From: Thalia democratica
Lineage: Eukaryota
NCBI GenBank assembly: GCA_965202585.1
Contig: OZ241826.1
Span: 21,948,001 to 22,012,000 of the forward strand
Reading direction: 5' to 3'
Length of the DNA stretch: 64,000 nt
Numbering within the stretch: position 1 is the first letter of the stretch; the number at the start of each line of letters is the position of its first letter. Position numbers and translations under genes: made by a program. The notes beneath the pieces were generated by a model. That model saw only the letters and a list, made by a program, of their open reading frames with translations. It was not told the origin of the DNA and searched no databases. Of this stretch, positions 63,961 to 64,000 are shown in pieces.

Positions 63961-64000
63961 TCTGTGAAGTTGAAGTTTGAAAATCATATTAAATAGTTTT

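Larger units (their letters stand above)
51290..64000 (+). repeat. Segmental duplication block III (A4-B3-M2-IR2), runs off the window end
   Basis: Its 5' flank also matches the A1 upstream region (about 30470-31240); 58565-64000 matches 38300-43830. Confidence 0.85.

Noticed and set aside
1-64000. rRNA, tRNA or autonomous transposase/reverse-transcriptase genes
   Set aside because: No cloverleaf, rRNA-like GC-rich tract or long TE ORF was seen by eye; tRNAscan-SE and Infernal were not run.

Overview
AT-rich eukaryotic DNA, probably an invertebrate animal (species not determinable here), with GT-AG introns and GC-richer exons. I found no CRISPR array, rRNA or tRNA. (1) 1726-25517 (+): 19 phase-compatible exons (about 728 aa, 5' end outside the window) encoding 4 Ig + 2 FN3 + TM + acidic tail with an NCAM/Fasciclin-II-type juxtamembrane motif. 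There are candidate alternative cytoplasmic tails, and the introns repeatedly carry duplicated copies of the exon edges. (2) 28424-29182 (-): a two-exon single-pass membrane protein with a C..C..CC..CC ectodomain (Shisa-like/STMC6 pattern). (3) 31241-64000: a tandemly duplicated cluster of at least nine Ly6/uPAR (three-finger, LU) genes of three subtypes. The three intronless 'B' genes are intact, are predicted to be GPI-anchored, and have a 12-Cys domain with an extra, hypervariable Cys pair in loop II. The four intronless 'A' paralogues are all disabled. The two-exon minus-strand 'M' genes have 8 Cys and a Tyr/Asp-rich loop I; one is intact and one has a single nonsense codon. The cluster also shows a probable gene-conversion tract, a transposon-marked deletion, and a twice-present inverted duplication with signal-peptide-like ORFs. 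Exon structures and translations were done by hand; identity values are by-eye estimates.
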